32,000 bases of DNA, taken from assembly GCF_000015585.1 (NCBI RefSeq), contig NC_008789.1, forward strand, positions 390,001 to 422,000, in the 5' to 3' direction. Below the pieces are notes generated by a model that ran no database searches, had not been told where the DNA came from, and saw nothing but the letters and a program-made list of their open reading frames with translations. Source of the stretch: Halorhodospira halophila SL1. GTDB lineage: Bacteria; Pseudomonadota; Gammaproteobacteria; Nitrococcales; Halorhodospiraceae. Below are positions 17,598 to 25,042 of the stretch, one piece after another. Within the stretch, counting starts at the first letter, position 1; each line of letters opens with the position of its first letter. The position numbers and the translations under genes were made by a program.

Positions 17598-17611
17598 TTG
17601 AGCGATATCAA
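17598..17611. promoter_or_regulatory. FNR/CRP-family-type box 2 (TTGAGcgatATCAA).
   Basis: It matches TTGAT-N4-ATCAA at 9 of 10 positions. Its centre lies 29 bp from the centre of box 1 and 77 nt upstream of the arxB2-like ATG. Boxes 1 and 2 are mirror images of each other. Confidence 0.45.
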
Positions 17612-17681
17612 AGCTACGCGCCCCCAGCCGACCATGACCCACAATAAAACCCGGGGGCCGCGGTGAACGCAGGAGGAGAGG

Positions 17682-18860
17682 ATGCCCGAGCGGCCCCACG
17701 GCGGTGCGGGCGGTTTCCGGGTGCTGCGCCCGGAAATCGGCAGGCTGGCGTTCCGCCCGGAGGCCTGCCTGCCCCGGCGCACCCCGCTGTCCGCGTGTCA
17801 GGCCTGCGCCCGGGCGTGTCCGGTGGAGGCCCTGCACCTGGCGAACGGCCCGGCGCAGCTTACGGACCACTGCCTGAGCTGCGGGCAGTGTGTCGCGGCC
17901 TGCCCCACGGGCGCCCTGCAGGTACCGGGCTTCGGCGTGGCGGTGGCCGACGACGCGCCGGCGCGGCTCGATTGCTACCGGGTCGATCGGACGGACGCCG
18001 CGGACGTCCGGGTGCCTTGCCTGGGCGGGCTCGGCGCCGCCGATCTGCTCGAGCTCCATACCGCCGGCGGCGGCCGGGGGCCCGTGCTGCTGGATCGGGG
18101 CTGGTGCGCCGACTGCCCGCTGGGCGGCCCCGAACACCCGGCCCAGCGGGCCATCGAGCAGGCGGCTGATCTGCTGGCCGGGGGCCGGCCCGCCGAAGCC
18201 CTTCAGCCCCGCATCGAGACCGCCCCGCTCCCTTCCGCCCGCGCGCAGGCCCCGCTGCCCGGGGTTGCCGACGAGGCGCCGGTGAGCCGCCGCGACCTGC
18301 TGCGCCGTCTGGCCGGCCAGGCCGGCGCCACCGCCCGGGTCCTGGACGACGACGCCACCCCCGCGCACACCGCCCCGCTGCGCCACAAGATCACGCCCCG
18401 ACCGCGTACCCGGATGCTCAACGCCCTGGCGGCGCTCGGCGTCACGCCACCCCCGGCGCTCACCCCCCGGGTGACCATCCACGGTGGCTGCCAGGATCAC
18501 GGCGTCTGCGCCGCACTCTGCCCCACCGGGGCCCTCCACCGGGGCGAGGAGGCCGACGGCAGCGGGCTGGATTTCGACCCGGCCGCGTGCATCGCCTGCC
18601 AACTCTGCCAGCAGGCCTGCCCCGAACAGGCCCTCACCGTCACCGCGACGGGCGGCGCCCCGGCGCCGCATCCGCTGACCCGGCATGCGCAGCGCCCCTG
18701 CGCCGACTGCCAACGCACCTTCCCGGCCGCGGCAGACGAGGCGCTCTGCCCGGCGTGCCGCAAGTCCCGGGAGTTCGCCCGGGACGCCGCCCAGCGATTC
18801 CGCCCGCCTCGCCCGGGGCGCGGCAGCGACGCAACCGATCCACAGGAGGAGAGCGCATGA
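17682..18860 (+). CDS. arxB2: Multi-[4Fe-4S] ferredoxin-domain protein, ArxB2-like, the first gene of the operon.
   Basis: Cluster motifs are CQACARACP, CLSCGQCVAACP, CQDHGVCAALCP and CIACQLCQQACP, plus a C-terminal CADC-X12-CPAC. AGGAGGAGAGG lies directly upstream of the ATG. The stop overlaps the next start (ATGA). The symbol is assigned from position and context in an arx-like operon. Confidence 0.6.
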   Translation: MPERPHGGAGGFRVLRPEIGRLAFRPEACLPRRTPLSACQACARACPVEALHLANGPAQLTDHCLSCGQCVAACPTGALQVPGFGVAVADDAPARLDCYRVDRTDAADVRVPCLGGLGAADLLELHTAGGGRGPVLLDRGWCADCPLGGPEHPAQRAIEQAADLLAGGRPAEALQPRIETAPLPSARAQAPLPGVADEAPVSRRDLLRRLAGQAGATARVLDDDATPAHTAPLRHKITPRPRTRMLNALAALGVTPPPALTPRVTIHGGCQDHGVCAALCPTGALHRGEEADGSGLDFDPAACIACQLCQQACPEQALTVTATGGAPAPHPLTRHAQRPCADCQRTFPAAADEALCPACRKSREFARDAAQRFRPPRPGRGSDATDPQEESA

Positions 18861-21358
18861 GCGTACTGGATCACCTAGTCTCGCGCCGGCGATTCCTGCA
18901 GGCCACCGGCGTCGGCGGCGGGGCTGTCGCCGCCGGGGGCGTCGGCCACCTGCTCAGCTTCAGCGCCGGCGGCAGCCACGCCCGGGCCGACGGCCCCGTT
19001 GGCGGCGGCGAGACGCAGATCACCAAGAACGTCTGCCACCAGTGCCCCGCCCGCTGCGGGATCGATGTCTACACCACCGACGGCCGCGTCCACGCCATCT
19101 ACGGCGACCCCGGCAACCCCATCGCCAACGGCCGCCTCTGCCCCAAGGGCCACCTGGGCAGCTACATCCTTTACGATCCGGACCGCTTCAAGGGGCCGAT
19201 GAAGCGCACCAACCCGAACAAAGGCCGGGACGAGGATCCGCAGTTCGAGGCCATCTCCTGGGACGAGGCCCTGGGGATCGTCGCCGAGCGGCTCAATCGG
19301 CTGCGCGAACAGGAAGAGTCGCACCGCTTCGCGCTGATGTACGGGCGCGGCTGGGGGGCGTCCTGCGCCGGCCTGCTGGGGCCGTTCGCCAAGCTCTACG
19401 GCACCCCCAACGTCATCGGTCACTCGTCGATGTGCTCCGACGGCTCGATGGTCGCCAAGGGCCTGACCGACGGCAACGAGTCGTACAACGCCTACGACTA
19501 CCGCAACACCAACTACATCCTCAACTTCGGTGCCGGCTTCCTGGAGGCGTTCCGCCCCTACAACTACCTCATGCAGGTGTGGGGGCACATGCGCACCAAG
19601 AGCCCGAAGACCCGGGTCACCGCGGTGGATGTGCACATGAACCCCACTCTGGCCGCCGCCGACCGGGCGGTGACCATCAAGCCGGCCACCGACGGCGCCA
19701 TGGCCCTGGCCATCGCCCACGAGATGCTGGTCAACGGCTACTGGGACCGCGACTTCGTCGGCGACTTCACCGACGGCGCCAACCGCTTCGAGGCCGGCAC
19801 CGAAATCGACCCCGACGACTTCGAGGAGGTCTGGACCCAGGGGCTCATCCGCTGGTGGAACGACGAGCTCAAGGACCGCACGCCGGAGTGGGCGGAGTCG
19901 ATCACCACGGTACCGGCCGAGACCATCCGCCGGGTGGCCTACGAGTTCGGCACCACCCGTCCGGCCATGGCCATCATGGAGCGCGGCCCCACCTCGCACT
20001 CCAACGGCACCTACAACGGCATGGCCATCCACGCGCTGAACGCCCTGGCCGGGACGCTGTTCACCGAGGGCGGTCTGTTCTATCAGATGGACGTGCCCTA
20101 CGGCGACGGCCCCGCCGACCCGGACGATTACCTGGACGACTACGCCGGGCGTATGCAGGAACGCTTCGATGAGGGCGAGATCCCGCGCATCGATAAACTC
20201 GGCACCGATCGCTGGCCGCTGGCGCGGAACATGATGCAGGAGGTCGGGCCCAACCACGCCGCCGGCGAGCCGTACAAGCTCGACACCATCCTGTTCTACC
20301 TCAACAACCCGATCTGGACGGCGCCCGATGCCACCGCCTGGGAAGAGGCCCTGAAGGATGTCTTCATCATCGATACCTCCCCCTTCCCCGGCGAGACGGC
20401 CCGGTACGCCGACCTGATCCTTCCCGACCACACCTACCTGGAGCGGCTGCAGGACGCCCCCACCTACCCCTTCGAGGGGTACCCGATGACCGCTCTGCGC
20501 ACCCCGGCGGTGGAGCCGCTCTACGACACCAAGGTCTTCGGCGACATCCTCATCGAGATCGGCAAGCGCCTCGACGGACCTGCCGGCGAGTACTGGCAGG
20601 CGGTGGGCGATACCGAGAACCTGCTCCGCCACCTGGCCGAAGGGTTCCGGGACCACCCCGGGGACAACGGCGTCGAGGATTTCGAGAGCTGGAAGGCGAA
20701 GGGCGTCTGGTACAAGAAGCCCTACCACTGGAAGCAGGAGCGCGGCGTCTTCTATGAGTGGGTGGAGGACGACGGCGACTACACCCACGAGATGTCCGCC
20801 GAGGAAGTGGCCGACAAGCTGATGCCAACCCCCTCCGGGCGGTTCGAGTTCTTCTCCGAGAAGCTCCAGGAGCACGCGGACTTCGTGGCCTCGGAGTTCG
20901 GCATCGACCACGAGCGTGCCGGCCTGATCCAGTGGGTCGATCCCGACCACCCCGGCGGCGGGGACCTCTACTTCTCGACCCCGAAGACGGCGCTCCACGC
21001 CGAGGGGCGCGGCGCCAATATCCCCCACGCCATCGCCCACGTGCAGCCGGTGATGGGTGGACGGACCACGGTCTATCTCGAGATCCACCCGCGCACCGCC
21101 CGCGAGCGGGGCATCCGCAGCGGCGACCGGGTCCGCATCGTCAGCGACGTGGGCGAGATCGAGGCCTACGCCCGGCTGTTCGAGGGCACCCGACCGGACA
21201 CGGTCTGCCTGCCCATGGAGCACGGCCACTGGGCCCAGGGGCGCTGGGCCGAGGGACGCAAGCCCGGCCACTCCGGCGAGGTGACCGTCAACCAGTCCGA
21301 CCGCATCTCGGGCCTGGCCAGCTACTACACCACCAAGGTCCGCGTCGAGCGCGCCTAG
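18857..21358 (+). CDS. arxA: Tat-exported molybdopterin (Mo-bisPGD, DMSO-reductase family) catalytic subunit, of the Arr/Arx clade; most likely the anaerobic arsenite oxidase ArxA.
   Basis: The 833-aa product has a twin-arginine signal (VSRRRFLQATGVGGGAVAAG) and an N-terminal [4Fe-4S] motif (CHQCPARC-X27-C). The probable Mo-ligand Cys is in GHSSMCSDGS. The motif MYGRGWGAS matches the XGRGWG signature I recall for ArxA, versus (R/K)GRY in ArrA. Confidence 0.7.
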   Translation: MSVLDHLVSRRRFLQATGVGGGAVAAGGVGHLLSFSAGGSHARADGPVGGGETQITKNVCHQCPARCGIDVYTTDGRVHAIYGDPGNPIANGRLCPKGHLGSYILYDPDRFKGPMKRTNPNKGRDEDPQFEAISWDEALGIVAERLNRLREQEESHRFALMYGRGWGASCAGLLGPFAKLYGTPNVIGHSSMCSDGSMVAKGLTDGNESYNAYDYRNTNYILNFGAGFLEAFRPYNYLMQVWGHMRTKSPKTRVTAVDVHMNPTLAAADRAVTIKPATDGAMALAIAHEMLVNGYWDRDFVGDFTDGANRFEAGTEIDPDDFEEVWTQGLIRWWNDELKDRTPEWAESITTVPAETIRRVAYEFGTTRPAMAIMERGPTSHSNGTYNGMAIHALNALAGTLFTEGGLFYQMDVPYGDGPADPDDYLDDYAGRMQERFDEGEIPRIDKLGTDRWPLARNMMQEVGPNHAAGEPYKLDTILFYLNNPIWTAPDATAWEEALKDVFIIDTSPFPGETARYADLILPDHTYLERLQDAPTYPFEGYPMTALRTPAVEPLYDTKVFGDILIEIGKRLDGPAGEYWQAVGDTENLLRHLAEGFRDHPGDNGVEDFESWKAKGVWYKKPYHWKQERGVFYEWVEDDGDYTHEMSAEEVADKLMPTPSGRFEFFSEKLQEHADFVASEFGIDHERAGLIQWVDPDHPGGGDLYFSTPKTALHAEGRGANIPHAIAHVQPVMGGRTTVYLEIHPRTARERGIRSGDRVRIVSDVGEIEAYARLFEGTRPDTVCLPMEHGHWAQGRWAEGRKPGHSGEVTVNQSDRISGLASYYTTKVRVERA

Positions 21359-21381
21359 GGCCGCGCTGAGGAGGAGTCATC

Positions 21382-22143
21382 ATGCCGAAATGGGGAATGG
21401 TCATCGACCTCGACAAGTGCACCGGCTGCCAGGCCTGCACCACGGCCTGCGCCATGGAGAACAACACCCTGCCCGGCGAGTCCTGGCAGGACGTACTGTT
21501 CTACAACGAAGGACGCTATCCGCACACCTCGATCAAGTGGTTCCCGCGGCCCTGCATGCAGTGCGAGAACCCCACCTGCGTCTACGTCTGCCCCACCCGG
21601 GCAACCTACAAGACCGAAGACGGGGTGGTGCTGGTGGACTGGGACCGGTGCATCGGCTGCAAGTACTGCATGATCGCCTGCCCCTACGGGGTGCGCTTCT
21701 ACGCCGACGAGAAGCCGCTCATCGAGCCGGATCTGCGCGAGGTCCACCCCGGCGAGGACGGGCAGATCTGGAGCCCGCCCTACCAGGGGCCGAACCAGGA
21801 CCACCGCACCGGCGTGGGCATTCAGCCCAAGGGCGTGGTTTCCAAGTGCACCTTCTGCTACCACCGCATCTCGCAGGCCCCGGAGGGCGTCGCCGACCTG
21901 GACGAGGACAACCCGGAGCTGGTCGAGTACGTGCCGGCCTGCGTCCGCACCTGTCCGCCCAAGGCGCGCTACTTCGGCGACCTCGACAACCCCGAGAGCC
22001 AGGTCAACCGACTGATCGCCGACAAGCGCGGCACGCGCATCAAGGAAGAGACCGGCAACCGACCGCAGGTCTACTACCTGGGCGAACACGGCACCGTGCC
22101 GACGTTCGATCCGCAATTCGAACACGACGACCGGTCCTCGTGA
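21382..22143 (+). CDS. arxB: Four-cluster [4Fe-4S] electron-transfer subunit (DmsB/PsrB type), ArxB-like.
   Basis: The 253-aa product starts MVIDLDKCTGCQACTTAC and also has CMQCENPTCVYVCP, CIGCKYCMIACP and CTFC...CVRTCP. GAGGAGGAG is the RBS. Confidence 0.75.
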   Translation: MPKWGMVIDLDKCTGCQACTTACAMENNTLPGESWQDVLFYNEGRYPHTSIKWFPRPCMQCENPTCVYVCPTRATYKTEDGVVLVDWDRCIGCKYCMIACPYGVRFYADEKPLIEPDLREVHPGEDGQIWSPPYQGPNQDHRTGVGIQPKGVVSKCTFCYHRISQAPEGVADLDEDNPELVEYVPACVRTCPPKARYFGDLDNPESQVNRLIADKRGTRIKEETGNRPQVYYLGEHGTVPTFDPQFEHDDRSS

Positions 22144-22174
22144 CCGCGCACGGCTGCGCTGAGGAGGCAGGATC

Positions 22175-23356
22175 ATGAGCATCACCGCTGAGCAGGCCGG
22201 GGGCACCCCGGCCCGGACTTCGAACCTCGTCCCCTACGCCACCCTGGCCGTCGGCATCGTCGGCCTGATCATCGCCTGCGCCCTGGCTCTGCCGGTCCTG
22301 ACCGAGGGTGGACAGGCCATGGCCATGGGCAGCGACATGATCTGGGGGCTGCCGGTGGCCGGCTACGCCTTCCTGGCGCTGACCTCCATGGGGGTCAGCC
22401 TGGCCGCGGCCACCGCGCTGCTCTCCGGGCGCACCGAGTGGCATCGGATGACGCCGCGGCTCTTCGCCCTGGCCCTGGGCCTCTCGGTGGGGGCGATCTT
22501 CGTCCTCAACCTGGAGCTCGGCAACGCCCTGCGCTCGCTCTGGGCCATCCCCACCGGGGTGCAGCTGCGCTCGCCCCTGGTGTGGATGGGCCTGGCCTGG
22601 ACCGCCTACATGGTGCTGGTGATCGCCATCCTGGTACGGCTGCACACCGCCGGCAGCCAGGATCCGGTGACCCGGCGCCTGGCGGTCGGCATCGTGGTCG
22701 CCGGCCTGGCCGCAATCGGCACCCAGGGGCTGGCCTACGGGATGTTCGCCTTCCGCCCGGTCTGGTACGGCATGGGCACGCCGCTCTACTTCTTCGTCGG
22801 TGCGGTGGCCAGCGGCCTGGCAGTCACCCTGATCGCCGCCCAGAGCGTGCGGCGCTTCCGCGGCTCCGAGGCCGACGGCGCCGAGTGGCGCTCCATCCAG
22901 GCCTACCTGCCGGCCGCCTTCGCCCTGGCACTGGCCGCCTACGCGGCGGTTCTGCTGGCGCGGATCATCGGCGGGCTGTGGGCACCGACGGCGGGGGTGC
23001 AGGTCGTCTACCAGGAGTTCTTGCGCAGCCCGCTGTTCTGGATCGAGATCGTCCTCGGCCTGGTGGCCCCGCTGGTGCTCATGGCCCGCGCGGCCTGGCG
23101 CAGCCAGCCGTGGGCGCAGGTCACCGCCGGGGCGCTGGCCCTGATCGGCCTGTTCATCGCCCGCTATGAGCTGACCATCGGCGGCCAGATGGTGCCGCTG
23201 CTCAAGGGCACCTGGATCCCCGGCTTCATCGAGTACAGTCCCAATGCGGTCGAGTGGGGCATCGTGCTGGTGGGGGTGTTCACGGCGCTGATCTTCTACG
23301 GCCTGGGGGACCGGCTGCTGCGATCCGCCGGGCCCGACCGGGGCCGCGGGGCGTAA
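22175..23356 (+). CDS. arxC: NrfD/PsrC-family integral-membrane quinone-interacting anchor subunit, ArxC-like.
   Basis: The 393-aa product has about 8-10 TM helices and sits directly after the Fe-S subunit. GAGGAGG is the RBS. Confidence 0.75.
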   Translation: MSITAEQAGGTPARTSNLVPYATLAVGIVGLIIACALALPVLTEGGQAMAMGSDMIWGLPVAGYAFLALTSMGVSLAAATALLSGRTEWHRMTPRLFALALGLSVGAIFVLNLELGNALRSLWAIPTGVQLRSPLVWMGLAWTAYMVLVIAILVRLHTAGSQDPVTRRLAVGIVVAGLAAIGTQGLAYGMFAFRPVWYGMGTPLYFFVGAVASGLAVTLIAAQSVRRFRGSEADGAEWRSIQAYLPAAFALALAAYAAVLLARIIGGLWAPTAGVQVVYQEFLRSPLFWIEIVLGLVAPLVLMARAAWRSQPWAQVTAGALALIGLFIARYELTIGGQMVPLLKGTWIPGFIEYSPNAVEWGIVLVGVFTALIFYGLGDRLLRSAGPDRGRGA

Positions 23357-23364
23357 CCCCCGAT

Positions 23365-23391
23365 GGTGGCCCCGCCTGCGGCGGGGCCACC
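23365..23391 (+). other. Perfect 12-bp GC hairpin within the operon, between arxC and arxD.
   Basis: ggtggccccgcc-tgc-ggcggggccacc starts 9 nt after the arxC stop and ends 21 nt before the arxD ATG. There is no U-tract. Confidence 0.5.
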
Positions 23392-23412
23392 CCGAACCTG
23401 CGGGAGTACTGC

Positions 23413-24279
23413 ATGGCCACGACGGATTCCACCACGGAACGCGCGGAACTCTACCTCTGCCTGTCGCGGGCCTTCGTGACCCCGCACGCCGAGGGGTTCC
23501 TGCCGGCCCTCGCCGAGGATCTGCCGGCGGATCTGGAGGCGCTGCTCGGCGCAGACGACCCCGGCGGCGAACGGATCGCCACCCTGCGCCGGGCGGCCCG
23601 GGCGCTCCCCGACACCGCCACGCTCAGACGCGGCTACACGGCCCTGTTCCTGAACCCGCCCTACCGGGCCCCCCTCAACGCAGGCCTGCAGCTCGAGGGG
23701 GCGATCAATGGCGCTGTGGTCCAGGCCATCCGCGCCTGCTACCAGCGCCACGGCCTGGATCGAGCCGAATCCTTCCGGGATCTGCCGGACCACCTGGCCG
23801 CTCAGCTGGAGTTCGTCGCCTACCTGTGGGCCCAGCCCACCGAGGCGGAGACAACACGCCAGCTGCGCAACTTCCTGGAGCGCTACGTCACCCCATGGCT
23901 GCCGCGGCTGATCGGCCAGCTCAAGGCCGAACTCCCCCACCAGCCGGCCGCGGCGCTCTACCTGGCCCTGGCCGAGATCACCCGCCACGTCGCCGATGCC
24001 GACCACGCCCGCCTCCCGGCACCGCAGACGGCGGGCGCCCATCGGGCCCCCACGGCGGCGGATACGGCGCGCATCAGCGCCGCGGAGCAGGTGGCCACGG
24101 AGCAGCAGACGGCGGAGGTGGCGGTCGCCTGCCCGCGCTGTCAGGCCGCGGTGACGCTGCGCGGCAGCCAGGCAGCGGTCTATCGGCGGTTGCAGGGGGC
24201 CGGCGTCACCGCCGAGCATCTGTGCATTTGCCGCGACTGCCAGGCCCAAGGCCTGTCGCCGGCGCCCCGCAAGTACTGA
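23413..24279 (+). CDS. arxD: TorD/DmsD-family redox-enzyme maturation chaperone (ArxD-like) with a Cys-rich C-terminal extension of about 90 aa.
   Basis: Residues 1 to about 195 resemble TorD-like REMPs (ERAELYLCLSRAF, YTALFLNPP, DLPDHLAAQLEFVAYL). The tail carries CPRC-X27-CICRDC. GGGAG lies 7 nt upstream of the ATG at 23413. Confidence 0.65.
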   Translation: MATTDSTTERAELYLCLSRAFVTPHAEGFLPALAEDLPADLEALLGADDPGGERIATLRRAARALPDTATLRRGYTALFLNPPYRAPLNAGLQLEGAINGAVVQAIRACYQRHGLDRAESFRDLPDHLAAQLEFVAYLWAQPTEAETTRQLRNFLERYVTPWLPRLIGQLKAELPHQPAAALYLALAEITRHVADADHARLPAPQTAGAHRAPTAADTARISAAEQVATEQQTAEVAVACPRCQAAVTLRGSQAAVYRRLQGAGVTAEHLCICRDCQAQGLSPAPRKY

Positions 24280-24413
24280 TCGGGATCGAGTACTGCTCAG
24301 AAAGAGGACCACCCGCCCGGCGCCGCCGGCCAGCGTCAGACGCTACGGCCGGCGCGACGGACCGGGCGTTGCAGGTGGACGGACGGACCCGAGCGGGCCC
24401 GCCCGGGTGAGGC

Positions 24414-24719
24414 TTACTGCCGGAAGCGATTGACAGCCTCACGGAAGGCCCGCGTCATGGCCTCCCACGCCGACTCCGAGCCCTCGCGCATGTCACGGAA
24501 GGCCTCCTCACTGGCGTCCTGCATCTGGCGCAGCCGCTGTTTGCCCTCCTCGTACTTCTCCTCCAGCTCCTTGAGCTGCTCCTGATAGCGCTCGCGCATC
24601 TCCTCGCCGGCCTCCTCGGCCTGCGCACGGACGCGGTCGATCTGTTCCTGCCACTCGGCCAGGCGCGCCTTCATATCCTCCACGTGCTCGTCCTTGCGGT
24701 CCTGATCGTTGTCGCTCAT
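24414..24719 (-). CDS. Small (101 aa) highly charged coiled-coil protein; hypothetical.
   Basis: The product starts MSDNDQDRKDEHVEDMKARLAEWQEQIDRVRAQAEEAGEEMRERYQEQLKELEEKYEEGKQRL. It has heptad-like periodicity and no TM segment or signal peptide. AGGAGA lies 6 nt upstream of the ATG at 24719. Confidence 0.55.
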   Translation of the reverse strand: MSDNDQDRKDEHVEDMKARLAEWQEQIDRVRAQAEEAGEEMRERYQEQLKELEEKYEEGKQRLRQMQDASEEAFRDMREGSESAWEAMTRAFREAVNRFRQ

Positions 24720-24920
24720 CGCCGGTCTCCTCTTTATTGGTTCTTTTGGGCTAGTTCCCCCATTCAAGGTAGTCGGGAATCAGCTGTTCACAAAACCTGT
24801 GGAAAACCCTGCGGAGAAATGCCGCAACCCGCGTTTCGACGCGCCTCTCCGGCCATTGGCCACACCCTGACCAGGGCCACCAGCGGGGGCGGCACACCCC
24901 CGCGGCACGCGGATGGGGAA

Positions 24921-24949
24921 TTGACAACCGCGCGCCCCCTTGCGATAAA
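24921..24949 (+). promoter_or_regulatory. Putative sigma70 promoter for the TAXI-TRAP operon.
   Basis: A consensus -35 TTGACA (24921-24926), a 17-nt spacer, then GATAAA (24944-24949). This implies a leader of roughly 85-90 nt before the ATG at 25043. Confidence 0.4.
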
Positions 24950-25042
24950 GCGCACTGCACCCGGGTCGTGGGTGCGGATTATCAATAGTAGCGCCACGCC
25001 CGCCAAAGGGCTTCCCCGGGCTCTGGAGGAGGAGCACGAAAA

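Noticed and set aside
17578-17602. The ctcaaac-N11-gtttgag stem read as an intrinsic terminator of the rhodanese gene.
   Set aside because: It has only a 7-bp A/T-rich stem with an 11-nt loop and no U-tract. The flanking TTGAT/ATCAA arms are better explained as paired FNR/CRP-type sites.
17612-17681. A sigma54 (-24 GG / -12 GC) promoter in front of the arx-like operon.
   Set aside because: No TGGCAC-N5-TTGC-like element was found by eye. Only a weak AT-rich -10-like stretch (cacaataaaa) is present.
18875-21271. A 798-aa minus-strand ORF opposite the molybdopterin subunit, plus the 495-aa ORF at 18685-20172 on the plus strand.
   Set aside because: Both are Arg/Gly/Pro-rich with no motifs. 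The 18857-21358 frame carries the Tat signal, the Fe-S motif and Mo-bisPGD family blocks.
24720-25042. A riboswitch, sRNA or tRNA in the 323-bp divergent spacer.
   Set aside because: It contains several short hairpins, but none matches a riboswitch class, tRNA cloverleaf or terminator-bounded sRNA that I can recognise. It is treated as promoter/leader DNA.
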